Shown: positions 27,401 to 41,420 of the stretch, piece after piece
How the letters are laid out: each line of letters starts with the position of its first letter
How positions within the stretch are numbered: the stretch's first letter is position 1
Source: Trichoplax sp. H2
Taxonomy: Eukaryota
Assembly: GCA_003344405.1 (NCBI GenBank)
Contig: NOWV01000030.1
Location: forward strand, 186,001-250,000
Length of the DNA stretch: 64,000 nt
Reading direction: 5' to 3'
Notes under the pieces: generated by a model
Databases searched by the model: none
What the model saw: only the letters and a program-made list of their open reading frames with translations
Told to the model about the DNA's origin: nothing
Made by a program: the position numbers and the translations under genes

Positions 27401-30400
27401 AGGGCATTCTAAATATTTTCACCAGAAATAAAGGAGGCATTAAAGTCACTTTCATTACAATATCGCTGGAAAAAACGCTATCAGTGCAACTTTTAAAAGA
27501 TTCGTTCTGCGCTCATACTTCGTTGACAGTATCTTCCGTAGAAGCCATCTCTACATATACAGATACCACTGCGGGTGCAATTAGCAGTGTTGCTTTCGTG
27601 ACAATTACACTTGCTTTGACAATTATCTCCATAGTAACCTTTACTACATTCTACAGCAAGCAGAATAAATTTCAATTTACATCGTCAGTATTAACGATAA
27701 AGTAGCCTTTAACGTAATTAATATTAATCTTATTAATGCAAGAACGCAATTCCGATAATGAAATATTCCATATCACATACCTCTCAAGCAAATAACTGAT
27801 TGATTCATTATCAACTTTTCTAATTATGAGATTAAAAATGAAGCAAAATTTGATGCTATTCTAGTAATATATTTTAAAAGTCCTTTAAATACGAATAGAT
27901 AATATGCTTACAGTTTTAGAATATTCTTTTATCAAATTTATGTAATTATATATATAATGAGAAGTTAAATTCTTATTTTCCTAATTTATTAAATTACTAG
28001 GTGCTAGCTATATTCAAATGGTAATGACACTTACCACAGGTAACTCCATCAGCTGCTAACTTGTAAAATTTAGGACATTCACACTTATAGCTGCCAATGG
28101 TATTTACACATTGATACTGGCATTGTGACTTGCCTGTTTTGCATTCGTCGATATCTGCAGTGACATATCATGGAAATAAATTATCACCAAAGTGCAATGT
28201 GCGATACGAATATAAGCTTGGCGCATCTATGCGTTAGATACCAAGACATGAACATATATGATATACGGTACAAAGATACTAATAGCATACATAAAAAATG
28301 CTAACCTATGCATTTTCTTAAATCATCAGCTAGTTGATAGCCAGGCAAACAAGTGCATCGAAAACTTTCGTTGTCGTCGCCATAGGACCGACATTCATGT
28401 TCACAATCACCATTGTTTATAGAGCATGGATGCGGATCGCCATCTGAATGATTAAAATTAAGCCTGATTATTTACTAAAATAACACTCCTTCATCTGATT
28501 AGCTAATCAGAATGACATTATATAGAATATACTTAGTATTATGGATAATTGGAAAATATAAGAGATGCTTAAGTTAGCAAGTGGCGCTATAAGAGTTAAA
28601 ATACTGCTTCAAGAATGAAGTCTGCTACGAGGATTTAAACGAACCTTCACAAGTATGGGTACCAGGAATTAATTTACGATCAGGTATACATTTACAAGTA
28701 TAGCTACCATACGTATTGAAGCAGATATCACTGCAATCTGCTGTATGTTCTTCACATTCGTTGATATCTACAATATTTGAGTTCATCATAAGCTATTAAT
28801 GAAAACTTTTTTGATATTTTCTTATTATTGCTGGCGATGGCTTACCAAGACAAGTTTTACCATCGGGCGCCAATCGAGTTCCAGCTTGACATAAACAGGT
28901 CATAGTTCCACTAGAGTCATAGTCACAGCCAAATTGGCACTTTCCTCGGTTAGTAATACATGGGTTATTAAATTCTGAAAGTAAAAACAAAAACTAATCC
29001 ATCTAAAAATCTCACTGAAGTCCAGCTAAAATTTTAAATCATCCTTGAAAATATATTTCATATTTATCGGTAGCTGAATCACATGAGCTATCGTTCAGGC
29101 CATTTGCTATGAAATTACGTAGATATATGTGGTCTACTTTTAGACGAAAATTTGTATTTTTCTATTCTTTCATCTGTGTTTATGTATGGTATATCGATGT
29201 GATAATTACTATTGATTACTTAAAAATGAGTTTAATTCTTGTACATTACACAGATATCAACTTTTATAAAGCTTTAAATATTTTCGATTACAATTATTTT
29301 TCATCTCTACTTACTCATACAATGCAATCCATCAGCTTGTAAGATCATTCCACTTGGGCACGCGCAACTCTTAACTTTAGTAGAAGGATTATATAAACAC
29401 TGCTTTTCACAGCCACCATTTTCAGTTTTACATGGATTGGAGTCTATGTTATAATTATCGATCAATTATGTATATATTCCATATATAAGATTATAGCATT
29501 TATAGGATTTAACAAATTCATTACAGACTATAAGTAAATGACCTTATGAATATATTTTGTCTAGAAACTATATAATGATGTATTAATATCTACCCTTGGA
29601 GCAGTGGGTTGTATTATATCTAAAATGTCCATCGTGGCATTCACACTCATAACTTCCTATAGTGTTACGGCAACTTTGCTGACAATCATGGCGACTTGTG
29701 GCACACTCATCGATGTCTGGAAAAGAGAATATAAAATATCTTGTAGCACTCGCATTACAGTATATAAGCTACAGCTAAGTGAACAGTATATACTATTAAT
29801 GCGAGCAAGCAGTAAATTTCCTTACCGTTTTCACACCTAGGTCCGGTAAAACCTTTAGGACAGTCACAACCAATTACAACGAATTTACTATTCACCGACG
29901 CATAAGTACAATTGCCGCCGTTCTTGCATCTATCCTCAGAGCAGTCTTCTACGTTGCTAACTATTAAGATTTGCAGTTTGAATAACTTTTAAAAATTTTG
30001 AAATAAAATAATGAGAGACATAGAATATCAACTTATGCCCCTATATATGCAATAATAACTTGATCTATTAGATTAGAAATTACGTCAGTCACGTTTTAGA
30101 TTTTGCCCTAAGCTCTTAACGTATTCTGTACAGTATTATCAATTATGTCTTGCTATAGTGTGGTAGCATTTTATTAAAATTGTAATGCGAAATATTTTCT
30201 GAAATTGTCTAGTTACTGTAGTCTAATCGACAGATTATATTCTAGAACATGAGTACACAATCCAATTACACCTAGTATTGTAACAGGCAGGAGTATAATG
30301 AACACATATCTTATAGTCAGAAAAATTTATCTTTTTTACCGTATTTATCCTCTATTCCATCCCGATGACATTAGTATCACATACTTTAAAATTGTTAAAT

Positions 30401-33400
30401 TTAATTAGACTACCTAGTGTGATTGCGAAGTCTAAAGACTCCGATGCTGACAGAATAATCTCCATATTATAGTACTATAATTCACAAGTTATATTGAAGA
30501 ATATCAATAACAACACTGATATACACCATTTGCGTTTGCAATGTTTATAGCCATAGTTTATCATGAAAACTATGCTAATAAAATTAAAGTTTCAATTAAA
30601 ATGTGGGTTAGCACTGATGTTCATTGGCTAAACACTATAACGACAACTTACGGCCATTGCATTATTTATGAAAATGATTAATACAGTTGTACTTGCTTCT
30701 GTAAGATAGTTTCTTAGCTGAAATACTAGCTTGAAAGGTTATCTACGTGCTAAATTGATTTATACATAGAACTAATTTTACATAAATAGAAATATTTCTG
30801 ATAGTAAACATAACAGAGCATGACTCATTATCCAAAGCAATGAAATAGGTTCTCGACAAAGGAATTAATTAATAAAGAAATTTAACGCGCGCAGTTTACG
30901 GTAGGTCGAACGGTACCAAAGTTACGTTGTAGAATATTGTATAAAATAATCCACTCTGCGTTTAATTATCTTGCAATTAGAATTGATCCTAGAAAATGGT
31001 TGCATATTAGCAACTGATCTATATATGATCGTGCAACAAATAAGTAATAAGCATTCAGTTATAATCGAAATGACGTTCGATCAGTCATGTTTCTACAAGC
31101 GATTACCATATTACCTGACTACATAAAAGTTGACTGTAAAGCGTATTAAAATCTTTCCAGTTTAAAAAATTATCTATTAATTATCACTATTAGCCTTATC
31201 ATGTCTGCGACGTAAGCAATATTATTAATGTATTAATTTTTACTATCTATGCAATAGTTACTGTCTACACTGATCGATACTATACAGTATAATAATATGT
31301 ATTACTATGTTATCGTCTTCGTTACCATATTATCTATTCGTCAATAATTATAATAAACTATTATTGTTCAATCAATGAATAGGGTGGAGACCCGAAAACA
31401 ATACTAATGTCTTAAATAGCCTTGATTAAGTTGAATGAAACCTACTTGATTATGGGGATGAAGTTAATGTTGGTTTCAATGTGTAGCATTGTAAAGACAG
31501 TAAACCTAGAATCTCATTTCTAATGTACGTGTATAACGATATAGGCCAAAGTTATTATATCATCGATGGCCCTTTCCTTGAGGTGTATTGTAAGCATTCT
31601 ATAAATGATAATAATAATTCTAAAATCAATATACTGTAGTATAAAGTCCAGTGCTAACTCCAAGGGTCTGATACTTCTATTTTAGGCTCATTCGAGATTT
31701 AAAATACGTAGAAATATTTCGTCATGCAAAAAATAAGTTGCATGTACAGTATAATATGTGTTATATTATGTAATTTCCTGACAGGTGGAGGTAATTAGAT
31801 AGAAGATAAGATAAAGAACAAAAGGCTAGCCAGATAAATTGAGGACAGAGGGCATGAATAGGATATAAGCCTCGGGCAATCATTGCGATCACCGAGTGTT
31901 TTATTTTGAGGCTGTATCAATTTGTGTTTAGTAATACTTTGGTTCTATTTCTCCACGATTACAATTATCTTTTGCTGTTCAAGTTATCAAATATCCTTAT
32001 TGTATATCGTACATGAATCACTAACATAATTGTACTACAATGTTACAGACGCCAATATGACTAGTGAAGTTCAAATTTCCATGGTATCATATAAGACTTA
32101 ATATTTATCTTTTTCGAGTTGATCCGATAGACCGCTATTTTTATGAAATTTCTTTACATGTTAATGAAGAGAACTGAATATCAATTACCAAGCTATTGAC
32201 GATCATAAAGTAATTGTTACCGTTCTACATTGATAACGCTCTATTTGCCGCAAGGTCGTCTCCGTTATAAACATAGAAAGCAATAGTTTTATGTTTATAT
32301 ACTACATAATGATCGAGTTATAGATATCACTAAAGAAAACATTTTAGACAATAGCAATATTTGGTTACTGATCATTGCCGACAATTTTCTAAAAGGGCAA
32401 AAAATATGAACTATTTTTCTCAGTGCCAATCTCGTTGTGATAATTTAAGCACTGATAGGAGCAAGTTACGTTAAGAAACAACTAAGCGCTAATTCTATAT
32501 GACAAAGTACACGATTACAAAATCTAATCTATTTTATTCGAAAGTAAAAAAAGCTCTTAAAATGTTTTGAAGTTTTATTGTCTAGCACTGAAAAGAATAG
32601 CAAAACAGTTGAAATCTATAAGCTATATCAATATTCTGTTTTTGTAGTATATTTAAATGATACACTTTTCTCTTTGGTTCTCGGTGTTAATATTTTTATG
32701 CGAATCCATCATTATTATGGTATACAGTAGAGCTATATAGAACTTACGTTTACTTGTTTGACACCTTTCAATAAATCCATACTTTCCATTGAAAGGTTGG
32801 CAAGGATTTATTGAAGGTGATATCACAGTGTTTTTATTCAGATAACTCCATCTTTATCATTCTTATGTCGATAAAATGGGCAAAGGTAATATTCTAATAG
32901 CAATATGCGAGACGTCACCAGTAATAACTTATAGACTCGTTAACCACAAAATTAAAAGTACGTCTAAAATCCCTTACGAAACACTATAATTTTTAAAGTC
33001 GTATACTGTACTCGTATTGCTTAATGATAACAGCAATTTAGTAGGCAGTCATATTGTAAGAAGTATCGCAAGGAAGACCTTAGTAGGCAGTAAGTGCAAA
33101 TACGTAGACGTTGAAAATGAAACTATTGAGCTGCAAATTACTACATATCTCGGAAGTACAAAACTCGACCATAAATGAGATTAAGCATTGAAACTATTGT
33201 AGATGCACAGGCATATTTTGAATTTTAAGGACAAATGATTACACGTAAAAATTTGGCTATAAATGGATACCTATACAAAGCATCCTCTATCATTTTTCAA
33301 TTCTCGAAAAAAATATTTATTTATTAACAGTGGAGGAGCTGTAGTTAGGTAGAATTATAGAACACAGAAATAACGGTCCATTGTAGATCTATTAAATTTA

Positions 33401-34646
33401 TCAAGCTATAGCCGAAGTAGTTCAAAAGTTATTGATAATCCACTTAATGTCTATCAACATCTTGAATCATAATGGGGATTCAAAGGTAGTCTGTAACTAA
33501 TGGTAAGCCGGTACTGATCGACAGTGATAGCGTGAGGACTGGGTATTTTACTTTTGAATTCTTACTAACCCCTTTTCGTACATCCTTTTTCATTATTATT
33601 GACTTGCTGCCAACCAGGACAACAGACATAAGTATCGACGTATTCTGTTATTGGTACCCAGGTTTTAACTAGTTCTTGATTTGTTCTGTGATAAAAATAT
33701 TATGAAATATATTTATTTCAAGTAATATAATACAGTAGAATTAAAAGGAACTATATCCTTGTATCCCTTTAGAATCGCCCTAAGTTACTTTACAAAGATT
33801 AAAAAATAAATGCATTACATAGATTATTAACTACCATTAATGATAACTTACATATTTTTCATTTCTACACACCACTGAGGGCATCGATCACTCTTAATAT
33901 GGGTTCGAAATTCTTTAGTTACATTAACCGATGTTTGAACTAATTCTTGTTTTGTTACTTTTCTTCGATCTCGACAGACGTGCGGCCTAATAGAAAAACA
34001 GTGAGAAAATTACTGTTGCCGATCATTTTAAGATTATAATTCATAAATATAAGTAATATCTGATTCTAAAGGTATCGGTACGGCAGAATTACAAATGTTA
34101 TAATGACAGTAATAACCATGTAACATTTGATCAAATTAAGCATACGATTTCATTAGCTACAAGCCGCAGATTAAAACATAATAGCAGTTTTATACTTGAT
34201 ACGATTGCAATGGCTGAATTTTAAGACTATCTTCATGAGTACATCTATCATATATTGTACTTCAGCGCCCATCGTTGGGAAGCACAGTTACTGTATATTG
34301 TAATTCAGGGAGTAGAATTAAATGGTACAGTGGTTATCAAATGACGAATGATCAAAGCCATGCAAGAAAATTGTGCATTAAAGTTTACTAATATGCTACG
34401 CAGACAGTTCAAGATTTTGCTTGGATTGTAACTTCAATTAATAAAATACTAACATCATCATGCGATCATCATAGAAACAATAAGCTTCTTACTACTGATA
34501 AGTAGGAAAACTAAGAACAACATCGCAAACTAATTTACTTACATCTTGGGATCCAGTTCTTGATTGCTTGTTGCTCTTTGAGAGATAATTAAAGCAACCA
34601 GGGCCAAAGAGAATATGCATGTCCTCGATCTTAGTAAAACTTTCAT
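24485..34646 (-). CDS. MEGF6: MEGF6-like secreted protein: signal peptide, EMI domain, EGF/cbEGF repeats, linker, many 8-Cys laminin-type EGF repeats; about 24 coding exons; no TM segment
   Basis: Exon 34646-34543 encodes [23 protein letters not shown]...ELDPKM and joins PHVC...WC...YVCCPGWQQ...GC (33987-33570), like recalled MEGF6 PGMPHVC...WC...CCRGW...GC. cbEGF DIDEC/DINEC exons lie at 29717-28035 and CPxGxYGxxC exons at 27650-24616. Last exon 24510-24485 ends RINDHLAT*. Confidence 0.88.
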
Positions 34647-37600
34647 GTTGCTGTCAATTAAATCGCTGAAATTCTTTTATATTAGAGAACTTATTCAATT
34701 GATCTTTGGGATATCACTTTACAAAGATCTTCTTCCACTCAATTACAACCTATAACTAAATAATCAGGCAGAAAAATTAACTAAAGGACGATTGGCAGGG
34801 AGATGTGAGTTAGCTACTGTTACAAAAACGGATACGCTAAGAAAAATTTGTAAAATAAGTTGTTGTTTAATTCGGTAAGCAAAGTTAACAGACCAAATAA
34901 TTGATTGAAACAACGATTGAGCAAGAAATTTATGCTCATTACAATTTTAAATTTCGGTTATTTGATCTTATACGTGCCATGCAACAATATAATTAATCAA
35001 CACGCAGACAGGCATAGAGATTAAAAAATTAATGCACGTTGGATAGGCTGAAAAAACGATCTATCAATGAATTAATTTAAAATTTTTTCTGCATAATTTC
35101 GGCCTTTTTAACAGACGCGGTAACGTTGCAAGAATTGGAGAATGTTAAGAACAAACAAGATAGTTTTCCTTCTTTTCTCCCCGATGTACGTATTTGTCAA
35201 AATATACTTTGATCGTTTATAACACAACTCTTGGGCAAGTATTGGCAGTTTGTCAAATGATCATAACGATTTTTGAAATTTTTTCTTTAACAATTTTTAC
35301 TTACGACAACCACGACACTCGTCTTCTTGAAATATTGGTAATCATTGAATAGCACACCGCTGAATTAATTATTTCAATATGTAGCATGTAATCAAGCAAT
35401 AGCTAGATTTAAAATTATCGTTTTACCCTTTACTGGCTATACGTCTTGCTGTAAAGTGAAAAACCAGTAAGCGTTGCATTAATAACCGAGAGTAAATAAG
35501 AAGTCGATTATTATGTCATAGTATGGCCTACTAATTTACTATCATGTGCCAGCGTATTAGCTAAAAGATAAATTTATCCATAGGCCATTGTCTACTATGT
35601 TAAGTGAAGAATTTCTTCTTTTTAATTAATAATAATTGTTGTAATAAAAAGTTATGCGCCACATTAGATAGCCACGGTTAGTAACAAAAAAAGAGGAAGG
35701 TGTAAGATCGTCAAGATGTATAGACAATAAGAACGGATACAAAAGAGAAGAATAACAACTACTAATGATAGTTTTATTGTCATTTTTAAGAGATTGCTTA
35801 TTTTCTTATCCAGTTTAGGTTGCTTTTTATAAGGCATTTTATCCTTGAGCATCTTATTATTTGATCAAGCTGAGTCTAGCTAAACACAAAGGGCAATCAT
35901 AAATCCTCCTTCTCAGCCCTGATTAGAAGATCAAATCATACCTTTATCCCAAAACTACAATAGTACTGTAATTATGGACGGATTTATTACGTAGGTGTTT
36001 CACTTCGTTTAAAAAGATTAGTTCATCTCTGTCCTACTATTTCATTAATTTGTTCCAATTTATTGTTGTAGAGAAAGTTTCCAAGCCAATGAAGAAAATG
36101 CCATAGAGGCAAAAATTTTTGTGGGGAATGCATACGTACTATATCAAATGCAATAATTTCCATCTATCAATATTGTGTCATCAGATACAGCTAATGATAT
36201 TAAAACACTCCCGTTTTCTTAGAAATGAACAAAAACTTAATTTTAAACCATTAAACTCGATTATGATTTATAAGATGAGATTCTTAATTGTACAATAACA
36301 TTTTATAAATATAATCATCAAATTAAGCCTGTAAGTAGAATAGATGAGGAATCATCAATTAATGAATGAAAGTTAATCTGAGTCAACCAAGGCAATTTCG
36401 AGTTAAATTAACTAGCGGAAAGCTTGAAAACAGTTGCCATCATAAATTAAATTTAAAATTGTAAAGTGATTTGCCTAGCTATGAATATTAGATGATGCAG
36501 GTCTGGATTTGTGGCCTCATTTTTAGCGATCCATGGCTGAACAAAAATAATACTTTCTCTTATTCTTATTAACTGAAGTTGCAAAAATCTCTTTGAATGT
36601 TAGTGACAGAAGCTTTGTAGTCAGGATACATTCTATCGTTATAGTTATTACTGTACATTGGAGAGCTATGCATGATACAGGTTTCAATCTAATAGCAGCT
36701 CATGTAGCAGTATTCTTTGCAATCCATTGCCTTATCCGTTGAATAATATCAAATGTAAACAATATTGTACGATAAATTTCCATGACAAAGAGCCATGTGG
36801 CGTAATCAGGTAATGTAACATAGATGCGATGTTATGACATATCTTCTAAATAGAAACAATCATCAAGGTAATTGCAATAGATGTTTCAAGTATCTGAACG
36901 TAAATTAGTTCTTTATTTTTAATTGTAATAGATAGTATAGAGACACGTGCACGGCGGAATTATGAAATAAATTTCGAATCATTTTAATAATATTAATATT
37001 GATCTAAGTCATCAAAGAGTGCATTTCGACGTCATCTCCGTTCACTAGGTAAAATCCGGCTGATTTATTCATTCTAGCTGTTATTTTTATGTTTTACGTG
37101 ATGAAATGACCGCAGCAGTAACTAAGACGATGGGATCAAATTTTAGAATAGTACTGCACGATGTTTACGGATCCTAAATTGAAACAATTAACAGCCTCCA
37201 GGGTAGAATTAAATGGACATAGCAACTACCACTGTATAGATGTACCTGAAGGCGGCCGGTTACCAATAGTAAGTTGGAAAAAATTAGCAGGCAAAATTAT
37301 TTGATTTAATCTCATATAATCGAGTTTTAGTAATTGAGCATTGCTAATTATTAAAAACTTTTTCAACTTTTTATGACCTCATAATCATACGTTCCTCTAT
37401 AATTGATCACCTCGTAATACGAGGATTATACGCGTATACCGTAGTATGTCAATAACTACTAATCAATTAAATATTTATTTACGTTTTATGAATTAAAATT
37501 TAACATAGAAAATTTATAATACTGTTTGTTGATTCATGCTGAGTATATTTGACTAGCCAACTATTTTGCAATCTATTCATTTAAAAGTTTACTGATCGAT

Positions 37601-40600
37601 CAATCAATCATTCATACGTATAATACTAAATAATTGATCGATATGGAGCTATGCTATATTTATACGGTACTACCGTTTAAGTATTTCATCGATGCCATTA
37701 GTCGTTTGAAACTTCTTATACTGTACAGATAGTATCGCAGCAAAAGAGAAATTTTAATAAAGATCAGCCTAATATAATTGGCAATAACTGAATGTAAAAA
37801 TTCAGTTAATAAATTAGTAAAAAGATTTCCCGTAAAATTTACCTTCCATTCATAAGTACAGTATGCTACTGTATTTTTAAATCCATTGGTATGATACAGT
37901 GGACTATTTATCATAGTATTTAGTTTAACAGCTGCTAAAGATCGCTAATGACTGATTCAAAGACATATTCAGTCCTTTTTATTCCTGTATTCTTGGTACT
38001 CAGATGAGCTGTGTATTTACGATTAGGGTTAAAAGTAGAGAATGCTTGTAATTAAAATTGCACTTACGTGGGAGTAATATTTAGAGCAGTTTGCCTGTAT
38101 ATGTATATATACAAAAAAAGGCATTCCTTGTGTACGTCGTAAATATTTCGCTCGTTTTGTTTACTGTTTGATCGACTTTGCCCGAAGGATTATTAAAATC
38201 TGTTGTACTATGCCAGTAGTTACTATAGTATTAATAAGATGCGCTTTTATAGATTGAAAAGAGCGTCTATAAAGCTGTTGATGCAATCTGGATTTGTGGA
38301 AGTTTTTTTAATTTAATTTCCTAAAATAGAATAGAAAGCATATTGTATTCATTTCTGTACTACAGGGACTCTATCCTTAATGTATTTCTACAGTATCTTA
38401 TGAAGGTTCTAGACCCAATCAGGTAAGAATCTCAAAATATATGTCGCCAAATTGATTACATCCGTTAAGTAAACTACTGTATTGATAGTATAGATTCAAT
38501 AGGCTCAATAAAGCCCTAGAGATTCTTCGTATGAAGCTATCTCAGCTAGCACAAAAATCGGAAATCTATTTATTAGAAATAAGTACGATGGAATCTGATT
38601 GACAGGTACCTTACTTTTCCTTCGTAACTTTATTTACATTAGTCAATAAAATTGAAAGAATTCGAGACAACGGCTAAAATAAGATACAGACTAGGCTTTG
38701 CAATTGATATTTCCCATTAATTACAGTCTCAATAGCATCAGATTATCGAATTAATTATGTTTATTTAATGTTAGCGAATGTCCATCCAAGAGTTGCCTTT
38801 GAATAATGAGTGATCGTCGCTTTCATTTAAAAAATTTTCGTTTAGTTCTGATTAGAGTATTAATACTGCTAAGTGCAACCTAGACTATTTTTTCTTTTTA
38901 TGAAATTTTTTGAAGTAAATGCTATGACTAATGTAACAAGAATTCCTTGCACTGCCTATTCTTGAAGATAAAAATGTTGCTTGCTTACTAATTATATACG
39001 CGTATAATGATATGGCAAAAGAATAAGCCAATACATTTCAGCATACAGTAGCTAAAAGTGCGGTTGCAGCTGCTATTTATGATAATTCTAAATAAATTCC
39101 TTCACTTGAAGTGGTGGTAATACTTATTTTTGTGAGCTTTAAAATTTTTATTTAGAGTCATTATTGGTATTTCTATACACGTATAAATTCTTGCTTATTG
39201 TCATAACTTTATCATCATAGAGTAATGTATACCGTAATTATCTTAGCGGTATTTACGAAATTAAATAGCTTTCATACATTACGGCCAATGGCCTAGAAAA
39301 AATTTGAATAATTTTGTCTAATGTTTTACAGTCGTTTCAGAAACTCTGTGCCCCTATGTGCCTCATTAACAAAAATCGATTGTAATCTAGAAGTTTAGTG
39401 GCAATTTTATTTGTATAACAGTTACTTCAGTAGTACTTTAACTAGATTTCAGCGTATGCAAGTTGATATCAGCTTTATGAAAGATATTGTCAGGAAATAA
39501 CTAATTATTATTATATTTGATTGATGTACTAAGATTTCCCGCTATTGTATATGCTATGCATATCGAAAATGAGTTTAATTCTTACGAATATCATTTGATT
39601 TTCAACTGCTACTATTGACTACCAGTTCTTTCTTGAAATTCAGGTACTCAGTAACACCCATGTTTTCAATGTTGTACAATAGACTCCGCCAGTTTATGAA
39701 AATTTCTTAGAATACTAACTGAAACTGTCCTATACAAACTTAAGATATGAATACCATCTTAGTAACTTGAATGCTATCTTCAATTGGACTTATTTTTGGC
39801 ACAATTTTCAGCAAAATCTTAAATTATACATTATCTGTATAAATGATAGCCCAATCGCTCAATCTATAGCATAGTCTGATAGAAACTGCTGTAGAATTAT
39901 TACTACTCATATCGAATGCCAGCAGAAATACAAGTTTCATGCCATTACAACAAGATCACTACCGATAGAATCCCGTTTCGATTAGTTAAAACTCTATTTC
40001 TTCGCTATGCAGCGCTGGATGTGTTGGTATCTACCGTGTGGCAGGGAAATTAAATAGTATATAATAACAATATTCTGAGTTTATTATGGGAAATTTAATT
40101 TTTGAGATATTTTTTCACTCATTTGCTGGCTATTTGTTTCAAACCGTCGAAAGATAGCCATGAATAACGGCAGAAATGGCAGCTATTTCTCGTCGAATGT
40201 TACGCTGAAGAAGTCAGTTAATTCATTTTTTTTGCAGTGTACGAGTATGCTGTCAATGCTATACTAAAGCAGTATTTATACATAAACATTCACTTAAGGG
40301 ATGGTATCAATAGAATTCAGAGCCAGCTGAAAGTGGTATTATAGTAGATTTCATTCCTTTTAAACAGTTTTGTGCGTTGATCAGGTATTCATAAATGAAT
40401 TAGCCCAATTCTTCGTTAAATATTTAATATAGCACGTCATCGATCTGCAATACGTTTTATATTTATACACAAGACGTTTATTATACGTCATTGCCTCAAT
40501 TGCTCGCACTAATGATGCGCGAGATATTTTATGTAAGGAAATGCTTTTTCACTTTTCTTACTTGAACTTAGTACTCAAATTGGAATAGCACTCAAATTGG

Positions 40601-41410
40601 AGTACACGAAAGATTTTTAAATTATCAGGAATATGCAAATTCTAGCTACAGACCTGAGTTAAATTGTAAAATATTCTTTTTTCAATTTCATTCACCTTCT
40701 AGATTTATACTTCAATTGCCCAGCCGCTCGATTTCAAAGTACACTTTTCGTATCCTACAAGAATGAGCAAGTAAACCCTATGAAAAAAAAAAAATGCTTT
40801 CAATTCAGTGATTTGATTCGTCTAGCGTCAGTGAAGAGTTATTACTAAGTCAATATACACATACAAATAATTGCTAATTTTCGTCTTTAGCTGTAATCTT
40901 GCAATATTCTGCCTTTAGATTGGACTATACCGTTGTAATGGACGTATACAAGGAATAGGAATACTATACTGTCTTTATAGGGAAGAAGAAAAAAAAGAAA
41001 ATGAACCGATTTTCAGCCAGTGAAATCAGTTAGTCAATTTGTGGGAGAAACTGCTACAGTCGAAGACTGACTTTTTAGGACGATTTTATGTGGGTACTTT
41101 TAGCTTTATGTTGGAAAGGTTCAGCTGTTGGATTGCAAAGTGAAATTCTATAATGCAAGGAAGCGTAAGCTAAAGTGGAAGGCAAATTTTTCTCTCTCAC
41201 AATGCCACATAAAATATCAGTAGATCTGCCACGCAAGAATACTGTGAACAAAATGGAGTTATTTTCTCCCTTTAACTTAATGTAAGTCTATATAGAGAAA
41301 AGTGAATTCTATCCTACCGTCTAAGACTGCACTGCAGATATAGCACGACGGCCCAACCGCGTCAAGTACTCGAGCATCTGAGCCAAGCCAAGCCACATGT
41401 GCTCACTGGG

Positions 41411-41420
41411 GTATAAAAGC
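41411..41420 (+). promoter_or_regulatory. Putative TATA box (GTATAAAAGC) preceded by a GC-richer stretch with E-boxes CATCTG and CATGTG
   Basis: Consensus TATAAAAG with GGGG immediately upstream, inside the gene-poor interval. The nearest downstream + gene is the ORF at 46997. Confidence 0.4.

Noticed and set aside
32748..32893. Candidate extra exon in the large MEGF6 intron
   Set aside because: The flanking exons (ending 33570, starting 29947) already join in phase to give the expected sequence. The candidate is out of phase or contains a stop. A poison exon cannot be excluded but has no support.
40120..40195. Small hairpins (TGGCTAT...ATAGCCA, AGAAAT...ATTTCT)
   Set aside because: Stems of 6-7 bp are expected by chance in 64 kb of AT-rich DNA, and no RNA family motif was recognised.
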